This document shows, piece by piece, positions 28,580 to 38,238 of a stretch of 64,000 nucleotides of DNA (positions are counted from its first letter, which is position 1; every line of letters begins with the position of its first letter). The DNA lies in the sequence record MW879341.1, one strand, 5' to 3'. The translations under genes and the position numbers were made by a program. The notes below the pieces were generated by a model, which had not been told where the DNA came from, did no database searches, and saw nothing but the letters and a program-made list of their open reading frames with translations.

Positions 28580-30581
28580 GTGTGAAATACGGTACATCCA
28601 GACCGTAGCAGTTATCCACCATGTTGTTATTCCCACTGAAGGCTTCCATAGAAAGTTCAACAGTGTAGCCAGCCTTGGCACCCATGATAGAGTCAACCTG
28701 ATCTTTAGACCATTTGAGGATATCGACAGTACGACCAGTGATGTTCTCCAGTTTCCCGGTATCGAGCATCATGTTCAACACCTCGGTTGGGGTGTCTTGG
28801 TTGATACGGTCAATACGGCCAACGGCCTGTTGGTAGTCGTGATCGCGGAAGGGTAAGTTCAATGCAACCATTGTAGACGCAGCGACTAAAGGTACGGCAG
28901 TGGAGAGCGACTGGTAGGTAGCAATCAATACACGCACTTTAGGGTTACGTTCAAACTCGTCGGTAATGGCCTTCAAGTTCTTGTTAGTTGCACCGTGTAC
29001 CACCAACGGTTCCAGACCAGCCTTGCGACAGATGTCAGCGGCTAACTCAGCAGCTTCAACATACGAGGTGAAGATAACGGTCTTCTTAGTAGCGCCGTTA
29101 ACAATGTCAGGCAGACGCATGTATGGGATGGTAGCCAACACAGCTTCAGTACGACGACGACCAACGATTCTACCCAGACACTCACCACGCACTTTCAGGT
29201 CCACGTATTTGATAACACTACGCGAATCTTTAAACGGTTGCTTGAGTTGTTGTGGGAGAGTCGGCATGATCTGATTCAACTCGTACTGGTTACAGAAGTG
29301 TGCCTGAGTAACCATGGTAGCTGGATCGTATCCCTTACGAATCATCTTGACGTATTCATTATACTGCTTGAACGTATCCATCTCCGCTTTACTGGAGAGT
29401 GTAGCGTAGTGGATCTCAAGACCACGATCGTAGAGTCGCTCGAACTCTTTGAAGTTCGCCTTGTAGTAATTCATGCGCTCTTTAATGAAGCGCAGCATGT
29501 CATCCTTGAGCTGGTCGAGTGTGAACGGACCTGGGTTTGGAATCTGAACAGGAACGTCAGTGTAACTCGGTTTGGATTTAACCACTTCCACCTTATAAGA
29601 CACCACACCCATTCGGTTGTTGATAATATCGTTGGCCTTGCTACTATTGCGTCCAAAGATATTACGGAAGCGTTGCTCAACGTCCGGGTTAAACAGTGGG
29701 TCAAAGCTACGCAGCATTGGGATCATCTCTGAACCCAGTGCTTTGATTGGGGTAGCGGACAACCAGGCTACAGATACTGGCTGTAGTTGCTTCACACACT
29801 CCAACATCAACTGGGTACGCTCAGACGACAGTTCGTTCAAGTTGTGTGACTCGTCCAGAATGACCATAACCCGTTTACCGGCAAAGGCTTTCAGACACGA
29901 CTGCAAATAACCAAATGCTTCGTAATGGAACATGCAGTATTTCGGTGGCTTCTTAGGCAGAGGCTGGCCGTCACTTGCAGTCCAATAGTTAGCGGGGTTC
30001 TTGAATTCGTCAGTGGCCGTAGGAATCCATACAGTAGCCAACGCACGGCGCGGTGGAAGGATAATGACGTGGTCTACATTCAAACACTCTGCCAAGTAGT
30101 ACGCAGCCATCGTCTTACCCGTACCCACACCCATAGCAACAACGTAGCCGTTTAGGCCATACTGCTGGGTGAGCATATCGTACGCTTCTAAGAACTGGCG
30201 TTGGTGTTTAAGAGGTTGTTTCTTAAACATTGATAACTTGCTGTAGTCGAGAATGGATGGGAATGTCTGATTGATATTCTTCAACCAGGTAAACTCCATC
30301 AACTCTTTACGCAGAGTGTTCAGTGTCCGCAGGGTAGTACGACCAGTGTTCGTCTTACGCAGTTCGTCCAACATATAGAGGAACTCAAGCGCAAAGAACT
30401 TAGGCAGAACGATCTTCGATTTACCTTGGAAACTGAACATATGGGCAGCGATTTTATTCGTGCGCCAATAGCGATAGATATCAGCAGTAATGCTGTCGGC
30501 TGGCAGACCGGTTATGATGACGTTAGAGCCTTCCTCTTTAACGTCTATCACTCCTAGCAATCTGCTGAGGTATTCATTCAT
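28560..30581 (-). CDS. SNF2/DEAD-like superfamily 2 helicase
   Basis: Motif I MGVGTGKT, motif II ILDESHN, motif III LSATP, motif VI QAVGRIDR. Confidence 0.88.
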   Translation of the reverse strand: MNEYLSRLLGVIDVKEEGSNVIITGLPADSITADIYRYWRTNKIAAHMFSFQGKSKIVLPKFFALEFLYMLDELRKTNTGRTTLRTLNTLRKELMEFTWLKNINQTFPSILDYSKLSMFKKQPLKHQRQFLEAYDMLTQQYGLNGYVVAMGVGTGKTMAAYYLAECLNVDHVIILPPRRALATVWIPTATDEFKNPANYWTASDGQPLPKKPPKYCMFHYEAFGYLQSCLKAFAGKRVMVILDESHNLNELSSERTQLMLECVKQLQPVSVAWLSATPIKALGSEMIPMLRSFDPLFNPDVEQRFRNIFGRNSSKANDIINNRMGVVSYKVEVVKSKPSYTDVPVQIPNPGPFTLDQLKDDMLRFIKERMNYYKANFKEFERLYDRGLEIHYATLSSKAEMDTFKQYNEYVKMIRKGYDPATMVTQAHFCNQYELNQIMPTLPQQLKQPFKDSRSVIKYVDLKVRGECLGRIVGRRRTEAVLATIPYMRLPDIVNGATKKTVIFTSYVEAAELAADICRKAGLEPLVVHGATNKNLKAITDEFERNPKVRVLIATYQSLSTAVPLVAASTMVALNLPFRDHDYQQAVGRIDRINQDTPTEVLNMMLDTGKLENITGRTVDILKWSKDQVDSIMGAKAGYTVELSMEAFSGNNNMVDNCYGLDVPYFTQNKKAA

Positions 30582-30651
30582 GATCGACTCCAGCGATTAA
30601 ATAAAATAGGGTTAGTTCATATTATGAAGCCCAATTCAACGAGGACAGACA

Positions 30652-31059
30652 ATGACACTGCGTAGCGTACGCTTGGATGTAGATACACCCCTGAACCTGG
30701 TAGACGCATTCCAGGGTATCGGCTTACATGGAAAATTCGTTTCGGCTGAACCAGAAGTGGCATACGTTGACGGTTCAACGTGTGGATTTATGTTCGACCC
30801 AGTGGCGCGACCAGCGGGCACTACCCGTGAAGACGATAACTACGTCTATACGGACCGTGTGTTTGGTGGTGGTGTTATTTACGGACCGTACGATAACCCG
30901 ATTGAATACACCATTACCGTCACGACTGCCATCGATAAGATCTACCAGCAAGATCGTCCAGAACTTGCCACGGCTACACTCACAGTGAAGAGTGAGTCCG
31001 GCTCGTACCCGTTCGACGAACTGTTCGTAATGATCTCCGCAGAATTCAGTGACATTTGA
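30652..31059 (+). CDS. hypothetical protein
   Basis: 135 aa, GAGG RBS. Confidence 0.7.
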   Translation: MTLRSVRLDVDTPLNLVDAFQGIGLHGKFVSAEPEVAYVDGSTCGFMFDPVARPAGTTREDDNYVYTDRVFGGGVIYGPYDNPIEYTITVTTAIDKIYQQDRPELATATLTVKSESGSYPFDELFVMISAEFSDI

Positions 31060-31164
31060 GGTATACATTATAAAGGTGATGGGTTCGAAAGAATCCCTCA
31101 CCTTAGTATGCTGTTTTAAATTACACAGCAGCATTATCATTTAGACTTAATAAGGAGTGTCAGC

Positions 31165-31608
31165 ATGGAAAACCAAAAACCGTTAATGTCCCCGTTTGAA
31201 CCGTTCCTCGCAAAAGCCGCAGTAGAGTGGGTAGAGAAAAACAATGGTCAACCGCATCTGGTCGTTCACGCAGCGGGTGTGGGTGAGCGTGCGCTTATCG
31301 ACACAGCGAATGAGACTGGTTCAGCGTTCCTGAATATCGCTCCTAATGCCATCGGTGGTATTGAGTATGGTGACGAGTATATCACCCTACAATGTGCATT
31401 CCGTGGTCGCCGTACAACTCTCTTCATCTATTACGCCTACCTGCTGGGTGTGTTGGATAAATCGAATGGTGCCTTCGTCGCTATTACCGACATGGCTATC
31501 GCACAGGCTGTCTACGAAACCGGCGGTCCTGAAAATATCACCCATATGGAAGTGGTTCCTAACGAACCTGTTAAAGCTTCTCGTCCGAAACTCACTATCG
31601 TTAAATAA
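31165..31608 (+). CDS. sspB: SspB-like ClpXP adaptor
   Basis: PFLAKAAVEW...PHLVV, LNIAPNAIGGIE...F-x-G and C-terminal RPKLTIVK, which parallels the E. coli SspB ClpX-binding tail RPALRVVK. Confidence 0.85.
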   Translation: MENQKPLMSPFEPFLAKAAVEWVEKNNGQPHLVVHAAGVGERALIDTANETGSAFLNIAPNAIGGIEYGDEYITLQCAFRGRRTTLFIYYAYLLGVLDKSNGAFVAITDMAIAQAVYETGGPENITHMEVVPNEPVKASRPKLTIVK

Positions 31609-31617
31609 GGTAGAGTA

Positions 31618-32532
31618 ATGAAAACCACTGTTGTCAATACCGCCCGCTATACCAAAGAAACCCTCGCTGCTGCGGTAGCTGAATTTAACCGTCGCGATTC
31701 TGCTTATCGTGCTGGTGAAAACATGATCACCGGTTATCGGTCAAAAGACAACATTGATAAATTCCGTGTTGTCGAACAAGAGAACGTGGTTGCACGCAAC
31801 GTTCAACTGACCATTGAAGCGGATGGTAGCGTGACTGCGGATTTGGACCTCGATCCTCGCTTTGTGGAAATGACCACTAAGTACGGTATCGGTTTCGGCA
31901 TTCGCGGTATCACCGACGTGACGTCAAACGAAAACCGCCTGGAAGCAATTGTTGCTATCGACCTGGTTCACTATGATGACCTGCGCACCCCAAAGGAGAA
32001 CGTGGGGTTGGTGTTGGAGTGGTCAGCCGCGCGTGGTATCTTGGCAAACGGTAAAATTGCCACCCAGAACTCCAAGTTCTACGAAGAGTCAGGTGAACTG
32101 GCCCTCGGTATCTGTAAGTCAAAGCTGCCACTGATCAAAGACAGTATCGGTGACGCTCTGGTTGTTATGACCAATATCCTGGGTATCGCCAAGTGCGATC
32201 TGCGTGACCACCTGACTCGTGCTGAACGTGAGTACGATGAAGTGGCTGATGGTCAGACCATCCTGTCTGATGACGCACACGAACTGCTGAACATTGCCTT
32301 CGAGCACTCCACTATGGTTTGCCAGAAGTTCCGTCTGCATCGTGGTCGTCTGGCTGAACGCCTGGCTAAAGAAGACCTGCATTACTTCCTGCTGGCGATG
32401 TACGATCTGGCTATCGTTTACGGTACCAGTGTGGGTGAGTGTATGTCAGCCGCCTACTACGAGATCAAAGATCGTCGTGGTTTCCTGTCTGCTGATGGTG
32501 TGTTCATCAAAGAAGCTGACGTTCAGGCGTAA
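31618..32532 (+). CDS. MazG-like NTP pyrophosphohydrolase with an extra N-terminal domain
   Basis: EWSAARGI...KFYEESGELA...DSIGDALVV and C-terminal AYYEIKDRRG...GVFIKE. Confidence 0.75.
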   Translation: MKTTVVNTARYTKETLAAAVAEFNRRDSAYRAGENMITGYRSKDNIDKFRVVEQENVVARNVQLTIEADGSVTADLDLDPRFVEMTTKYGIGFGIRGITDVTSNENRLEAIVAIDLVHYDDLRTPKENVGLVLEWSAARGILANGKIATQNSKFYEESGELALGICKSKLPLIKDSIGDALVVMTNILGIAKCDLRDHLTRAEREYDEVADGQTILSDDAHELLNIAFEHSTMVCQKFRLHRGRLAERLAKEDLHYFLLAMYDLAIVYGTSVGECMSAAYYEIKDRRGFLSADGVFIKEADVQA

Positions 32533-32625
32533 GTGTTGTCGCACGGCGTTATAATCCAAGAGGCTGCAGACCTCGACCGATAGATAGCGTCGTGCACCGC
32601 TGAGTTATCTACTTGAGGAGAGCAT

Positions 32626-32853
32626 ATGCTAGGCGATGAACTTTCAGGCGCAGCACTCGATACGCTGTATGCGTTATTTTGGTTTGGTCCTCGTGAAGCT
32701 GGAGAACTACCAGCCAAGTCGGGTGAGGCAGAACTGCGTGAATTAGGTTACAGTAAGCGCGTGGATTTCCCTGCTACGCCGATGGGTAAAGATACTCACC
32801 TTGCTGTACTAACTCCTGAGGGCTACGCGTTCGCGTTGACGCAGTACAGTTAA
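32626..32853 (+). CDS. small hypothetical protein
   Basis: 75 aa, GAGGAG RBS, GPxxxGxLPxKSGxxELxxxG pattern. Confidence 0.7.
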   Translation: MLGDELSGAALDTLYALFWFGPREAGELPAKSGEAELRELGYSKRVDFPATPMGKDTHLAVLTPEGYAFALTQYS

Positions 32854-33230
32854 TGTCATTCCAACCCGTTCGCCCTAAGTACGAGCCACTACCCGAAGAA
32901 CCGGAGTTTGTCAGTTTCCGTGTAGAGGGTGCGATGTATCTAAGTCAGAGTTTACGACTCGCCATAGAGGCCACGGATGCAACCCACCTCGAAGTTGAGT
33001 ATGATAACGTTGATAAACGACTTCGCTTCAAACCTGCCTACACTGGTATCCGATTAAGATATAACCTGATCGGACTATCAAAAGAAACTGTGAGACCATT
33101 TACCTACTACAGTGACTTGGGTGTGTATCGCACACGTCGTCACAAGGTAGAGTTGTCTACTGACGGTTGGTGGTATGTCATTAACAGTCCTAGAACCTGG
33201 AGAGAATCCCGTGGGTTGGGTAAAGACTAA
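32853..33230 (+). CDS. hypothetical protein, paralog A
   Basis: Shares LEVEYDxxxKRLRFKP and DGWWY with the next gene. Confidence 0.7.
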   Translation: MSFQPVRPKYEPLPEEPEFVSFRVEGAMYLSQSLRLAIEATDATHLEVEYDNVDKRLRFKPAYTGIRLRYNLIGLSKETVRPFTYYSDLGVYRTRRHKVELSTDGWWYVINSPRTWRESRGLGKD

Positions 33231-33555
33231 AAATATACCTGAGGACGCACCTGCTGATCGCGAGTGTACCATCAGTGTTAATAAATGGTCTGGCGTTCGT
33301 ATCAACATTGAAGTCTATACTCGCATGGGTTCGCCTAAGTGGGTAGAGATCGAATATGATGCGGATGCTAAACAGCTGCGCATTAAACCGTCGGATGAGC
33401 GCACTGGCGTTGAAGTCATTGCTAACATCGTCAAAGTACCAAACTCAGTGCGTAGTGTAATGTCCTCGCCTAAGAACCGCGTGGGCGCTACACAGCGCTA
33501 TTTGGTAGAGTATCGTGCTGATGGTTGGTGGTACACCACCAAGCCAACTAAATAA
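33175..33555 (+). CDS. hypothetical protein, paralog B
   Basis: VEIEYDADAKQLRIKP and DGWWY. Confidence 0.7.
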   Translation: MSLTVLEPGENPVGWVKTKNIPEDAPADRECTISVNKWSGVRINIEVYTRMGSPKWVEIEYDADAKQLRIKPSDERTGVEVIANIVKVPNSVRSVMSSPKNRVGATQRYLVEYRADGWWYTTKPTK

Positions 33556-33602
33556 CCGCTAGTACTGACAACTAGCCAACTCCCTATTTAAGGAATATCG
33601 TA

Positions 33603-34952
33603 ATGAGCTATGAATCTTATCTGGACAGTGAACTGAAACTGGCCGGTATCGAACTGGAATCTGGTGAGCGTGAGCGTCTGGTCAATATCTTCAAAATTAT
33701 CGACGAGCAGGGCCACAGTGGCGGTAGTATCAGTATCCTGCTACCTATCATGCGCAACGAACTGGAGCGTGACATTAAAGCGCCTCAGCCTTCTGACGCA
33801 CCTGAGATCTTCAATGCGGACACCTTCGCTGAAGGGTTGTCTAAACCAGTCTTCCAGGAACTGAACGGTCTGACGCTTAACCGCGCCATCGTGGTTGCAG
33901 AGTTGGCATTGAAAGCTGTTGGCTTCATTCCGTTTACCCCACTGACCGGTGAAGACGATGAGTGGTTTGAACCATTCCACGACACCCTGCAAAGCAAACG
34001 CATGGGTGCGGTATTCAAAGACCCTGAAACTGGTAAAGCATACTGGCTGGATGCCAACCGCCTGAACTACCCCTCCGCGTGGAATGATCATGCTACCTGG
34101 TCTGCATACGGTCGTCGTGGTTTCCTGAAGTTCCCATTCGACCCGAGTGTAGGAACTACTGACTACTACTACACCACTGAGTCCCTGCGTCATCACATCG
34201 TCGTTGACCCGAACCCGAATCGTGCGTTCTTGACTCAGGCTATGTTGACCACAGCTGCCGGTGGCGCAGCTAACGACGTACTGCTCTCACCTGTACTGGA
34301 GACGGTGGGTCCTGACGTTGGTAAGTCGCTGATTGCCGCCTTCACTGAGTTCTGGGGTGCGGTTATCGATTCGGAAGACCTGGCTAACGCTAAGTCATTC
34401 CCATACAAAGCACACCACGTTGCACTGAACGGACTGCGTCACGCTACCGAGTATGAAGTCGATTCGGATAAACCTAACAATGGTAAGCCGGACAACGTAA
34501 CTGTGTTTGGTCTGAACGTACCATATGAAGCCATCCCGCATCTGGCACGTATGGTAAGTTTCTTACCTGAATCCACCTACGTCAAAGAAGGTCGTCTGGT
34601 TCACCCGTATGACGATAATCTGACCGGTCAATTCGTTACAGTACCTGTCTTCACTGTGAGCGAAGACAGTCAGCGTTGGGAGCAACTGCCTGACCTGGTA
34701 TCCGTTATCTGGAATGACTCGCTGGTGCTGACCGGTAAAGTCAACATCGTCACTGCCGATCGTGGCGTTGAGATCGTTTCTGGTGATGAGGATGATTGGT
34801 TGTGGCGTTTCCGCGAACGTCATGGTATCGCACACCCAGAACGTAAGTCTACGTTTGACGGTGTTCTGAACGAAGCGCAGGCAGTTGCCTCCTCCAATGA
34901 TAACCTGACCGACCCGGCAGACGTTATCGACCCTGACGCTCCAACAGCATAA
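33603..34952 (+). CDS. hypothetical protein with GHSGxS and PLTGEDDEW motifs
   Basis: 449 aa; motifs recalled from a widespread uncharacterised phage family. Confidence 0.75.
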   Translation: MSYESYLDSELKLAGIELESGERERLVNIFKIIDEQGHSGGSISILLPIMRNELERDIKAPQPSDAPEIFNADTFAEGLSKPVFQELNGLTLNRAIVVAELALKAVGFIPFTPLTGEDDEWFEPFHDTLQSKRMGAVFKDPETGKAYWLDANRLNYPSAWNDHATWSAYGRRGFLKFPFDPSVGTTDYYYTTESLRHHIVVDPNPNRAFLTQAMLTTAAGGAANDVLLSPVLETVGPDVGKSLIAAFTEFWGAVIDSEDLANAKSFPYKAHHVALNGLRHATEYEVDSDKPNNGKPDNVTVFGLNVPYEAIPHLARMVSFLPESTYVKEGRLVHPYDDNLTGQFVTVPVFTVSEDSQRWEQLPDLVSVIWNDSLVLTGKVNIVTADRGVEIVSGDEDDWLWRFRERHGIAHPERKSTFDGVLNEAQAVASSNDNLTDPADVIDPDAPTA

Positions 34953-34990
34953 ACCCCCACGACCCAGGGCACTAGCCTTGGGTCTTTTAT
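34947..34990 (+). terminator. hairpin with a GCATAAA 5' arm
   Basis: GCATAAA...GACCCAGGGC-ACTA-GCCTTGGGTC-TTTTAT. Confidence 0.65.
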
Positions 34991-35004
34991 TAGGATTGAA
35001 AAGC

Positions 35005-35679
35005 ATGGTACTGGTAGAAATTCCAAAAGATAATAATAGCATTGAGGTAGACGATACTTTGATGGCTCGTTACGGTGACGCAGTCCGTTTCGTAATCGAG
35101 AACAATGATTCTAAGGGCGCATATCACACTACCCATCATCTGTTGGGTGTGGCAACCATTCTGTGCTCTATGTTCAATCGCCTCTCTCCTGACGCATTGA
35201 CGCAAGTACAACGTGATACTTTGGTCTATGCGGCGCTGTTCCACGATTTCGATCATCCCGGTACTGGCGATGACGTTCTGAACATCAAGACTACCATCGA
35301 TGCCCTGTATGCAAAAGATGCCTGGTCTGTCATTCCTAAAGAGTTATCACTCGATGTGTATAACGCCATCAATGAGACACTCTGGCCGGCCCCTGCTGAT
35401 TTAGTAATCAGTGATGTTAACTGGTATCTCCGTGACGCCGATCAACTCTACGCGACCGTTTACCTGACGCCTGAGTTAAGTCGTGAGTTGTTTAAAGAAC
35501 TCGGCCCTCGTTTTAATGTACCTACGTACAGCCAGTGGTTATTCCGTAACGTTGAGTACGTTATGTCACTGCCTGGTGCATTGCACTACGAGTGTGCGAA
35601 GTACGTCTACGACTGTCACTTACCGAAGTCATTGAAAATCCATTTCGCTGAATTGTATAAGCAAATCGATGGAGAGTAA
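35005..35679 (+). CDS. HD-domain phosphohydrolase with class I cyclic-nucleotide PDE-like motifs
   Basis: YHTTHH, LFHDFDHPG and RDAD motifs. Confidence 0.75.
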   Translation: MVLVEIPKDNNSIEVDDTLMARYGDAVRFVIENNDSKGAYHTTHHLLGVATILCSMFNRLSPDALTQVQRDTLVYAALFHDFDHPGTGDDVLNIKTTIDALYAKDAWSVIPKELSLDVYNAINETLWPAPADLVISDVNWYLRDADQLYATVYLTPELSRELFKELGPRFNVPTYSQWLFRNVEYVMSLPGALHYECAKYVYDCHLPKSLKIHFAELYKQIDGE

Positions 35680-35682
35680 CAA

Positions 35683-36168
35683 ATGTACGACGTTAGTCTG
35701 CGGTTGGATACCAGTAGTAGTACTTGCCCGGGTCTGATTGCTACAGTCAAGACGATCACGGCAGCACAGAGTCTGAACGATACCATGCGGAGTCAACTTA
35801 TCCGCACGTTCAATCCTGCTACCAACCCCGTTATCTTCAAAGCAGTAGAAAACAACGGTCAGGAAGTACCGGCTGATTTCCTTTGTGTGCCGCTCTATGA
35901 CGGGACGTCTATGTCACTGGTAACCTTGGATGCCTCGGGTTGCTTTGAGCGCATACAGAAGACCACAGACATGATTCTGAACTGTAGCGAGCGTTACCCG
36001 ATTACCATAGACCCTGAAATCGATGCAGTGTCTCGTGCTAATCTCTGTGCTCTCTATTACGGTGAGCCTGGCTTGGCTTGGGTGACGTGTATGGAGGCTG
36101 GTATTCTAACAGCCGAAGACGTTCAGGGTATGTGTACAACTGCCGGCGTTCCAAAAACCTGGTATTAA
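35683..36168 (+). CDS. hypothetical protein
   Basis: 161 aa, GGAG RBS. Confidence 0.7.
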   Translation: MYDVSLRLDTSSSTCPGLIATVKTITAAQSLNDTMRSQLIRTFNPATNPVIFKAVENNGQEVPADFLCVPLYDGTSMSLVTLDASGCFERIQKTTDMILNCSERYPITIDPEIDAVSRANLCALYYGEPGLAWVTCMEAGILTAEDVQGMCTTAGVPKTWY

Positions 36169-36172
36169 TTTG

Positions 36173-36200
36173 GGTAGGGCTTCGGCTCTACCTTTTATGC
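36173..36200 (+). terminator. UUCG hairpin followed by TTTTATGC
   Basis: GGTAGGGC-TTCG-GCTCTACC-TTTTATGC. Confidence 0.7.
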
Positions 36201-36217
36201 TGTTAAGGATAAGAGAT

Positions 36218-37042
36218 ATGTCAGAAAAGATTCCATTGGTGTTGTTCTCAGGTGGTCTGGATTCAACGGTGATGTTGTAGAAATACCTCCAAACTACACC
36301 TGTTGATGTTCTGTATGCGGATGGTGGTCAACACCCACTCAAGATCGAGAAAGAGTTAGAGTGCCGTAAACGCACAATCGAGTTCTTGAACCGCGTGATG
36401 CCTTATAAAGTCCAGACTGACCTTCGTACGGATAATAACGTTTCCTTCGCAAGTGGTCCTGGTAATAAGTACTCACAGCCAATGGCCTGGATGGTGGCTG
36501 CACTATCCGTATTAGATCCAGCCCGACACAAATCGCTGTCAGTTGGGTATGTAGGTGATGATGGTGGTTTCCTTCGCTACATCCCTAACCTCTACAGTGC
36601 CTGGGAGAATATGCAGATTCTCAGTAAGGTCGGTGAACCCGTACCGCTGGTATTCCCCGTCGTCGACAATCGTAAAGTTGACTTGTTGGGTGCAATGCCC
36701 ACTGAACTGTTAGACAGTATCTGGGTGTGTGAGATGCCTAAGTCTGAAGACGGTGTTGTACGTGCCTGTAAGAAATGTACACCGTGTAAGTTAGGTGCGA
36801 GTGTCCTTCATCAGTTCGAGCAGGAGAATGGCTACAGCATCTATAGTAAGCGCTTAGTGAAGCAACTTCGTACTGCTGAGGAAGACAGCATTCGTCCTTG
36901 GAAAGGTCGTGACCTATTCGCACACCAGACTCGTCGGGTAGCAGGGGATTGGACTAAGGACTCAAGTGATCCATGGTACTACCGTCACCCTAAGAAGGCT
37001 GACGAAGAAGAACCCGAATTGAAGCTCACCGATAGTAATTAA
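36218..37042 (+). pseudogene. QueC-like PP-loop ATPase interrupted by an in-frame TAG at codon 21
   Basis: ATG 36218 reads MSEKIPLVLFSGGLDSTVML, TAG at 36278-36280, then the same frame continues into track ORF 36386..37042, which has the Zn motif CEMP...CKKCTPC. Confidence 0.8.
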
Positions 37043-37095
37043 ATACTGAGAGCGGGGATATTGTGTATCCCCCTTAACTACAAGGTTTAACAGCA

Positions 37096-38238
37096 ATGAC
37101 TATTCTTTCCAACCACGAGGTTCGCGTCATTTGTTTGGCGAATGGATTCAAAACCAAAGAGCAGGCTGACGGGGCTATGGATTTAAACCCCTACGTCTTT
37201 AGTGCTGCTAACGCGTTAGTAGAAGCTGCTCTGGCTAAGACCTTGGTTGTATCGCGCCCTGGTATTCATGAGGTCCTTAAACGTTCCCCAAGTAGCGTGC
37301 TGACCTACGGTGACTATAACAAACCTTGCGCACAGTACGTCGAAGACTTCGCTCGTCTGGAGCGCCTGTGTGACGCACTGCAAGCATCAATCGTCAGTCG
37401 TCAGATCAACTCAACCAAACTCTGGAATGTCGTGGTTGTTGATAAGCACAGCGCACCATTGGCCGGCAGCTTGAATGTCCCACTGGGTGTTGCTATGGGT
37501 TCACTGACTGCTGAAATCGGTATATTGGTGGCAGAGGCTCAACGTGTTCCTAACGAACCGTTCTTCAAAGAGCCTGTGTTCACCGACATGCGTCACTTTA
37601 CCGTTGAGTTAAATGAACTCACACAGATGGCGCGTTTGGCTCAGACTGAAATCAAAATCAATAACCACCTTCCTGATGACAAGTTCACAGTGACTGTGGC
37701 TGGTGATGACGTGAAAGGTGTGAGTGTGTGTGACACGATTAACCGTGCTATCGCCATCGTTAAAATCCGTCTGGGCTACCGTGACCCGAATGCCTTAATT
37801 GGCGTTATCGCTGAAACCTGTCGTCGTCGTGGATACGGACTCGTCGTATCTGAAGCGAACCCACCGGTCAGTACCTATCGTATCGACGTCAACGGTGTAT
37901 CTGTTCAGTGTATCGGTGGCGAGTTAGAAACACAACGTGCTGCGTTGTTAGTGGCTAACTTGGCTAACTTCGACTTCGTAGCAAATGGTGAGTGCGAGCA
38001 GAAGCCAATTGAGGGTCTGGGTAAATACTTCATCACTCCTGTGATCGATGACGATAGCGGTCATCACAAAGCGTGGTGGGAGATTGTCCAGATTGCTGAG
38101 TCGTTGGATATACCGGTTAAGTATACCAAAGGACCTCAGACCTCCGTAGTTCACGTAAGCGACATCACGTTGACTGGTCCGACTGCTCATGTGTTAGCCG
38201 CCACGCAGGCTGTGTTAATCAGGAGTATTAAATGCTAG
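37096..38238 (+). CDS. hypothetical protein
   Basis: 380 aa; N-terminal FKxKEQxDGxMDLNPYV motif. Confidence 0.75.
   Translation: MTILSNHEVRVICLANGFKTKEQADGAMDLNPYVFSAANALVEAALAKTLVVSRPGIHEVLKRSPSSVLTYGDYNKPCAQYVEDFARLERLCDALQASIVSRQINSTKLWNVVVVDKHSAPLAGSLNVPLGVAMGSLTAEIGILVAEAQRVPNEPFFKEPVFTDMRHFTVELNELTQMARLAQTEIKINNHLPDDKFTVTVAGDDVKGVSVCDTINRAIAIVKIRLGYRDPNALIGVIAETCRRRGYGLVVSEANPPVSTYRIDVNGVSVQCIGGELETQRAALLVANLANFDFVANGECEQKPIEGLGKYFITPVIDDDSGHHKAWWEIVQIAESLDIPVKYTKGPQTSVVHVSDITLTGPTAHVLAATQAVLIRSIKC

Noticed and set aside
36278-36280. Genome-wide TAG reassignment (alternative genetic code)
   Set aside because: Many genes end cleanly at TAG (13896, 15477, 27110, 45253, 56011), and the long core genes have no internal TAG.
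36218-37042. Complete 7-deazaguanine DNA modification cluster
   Set aside because: Only a QueC-like gene is present; no queD, queE, folE or dpdA/TGT in the window.
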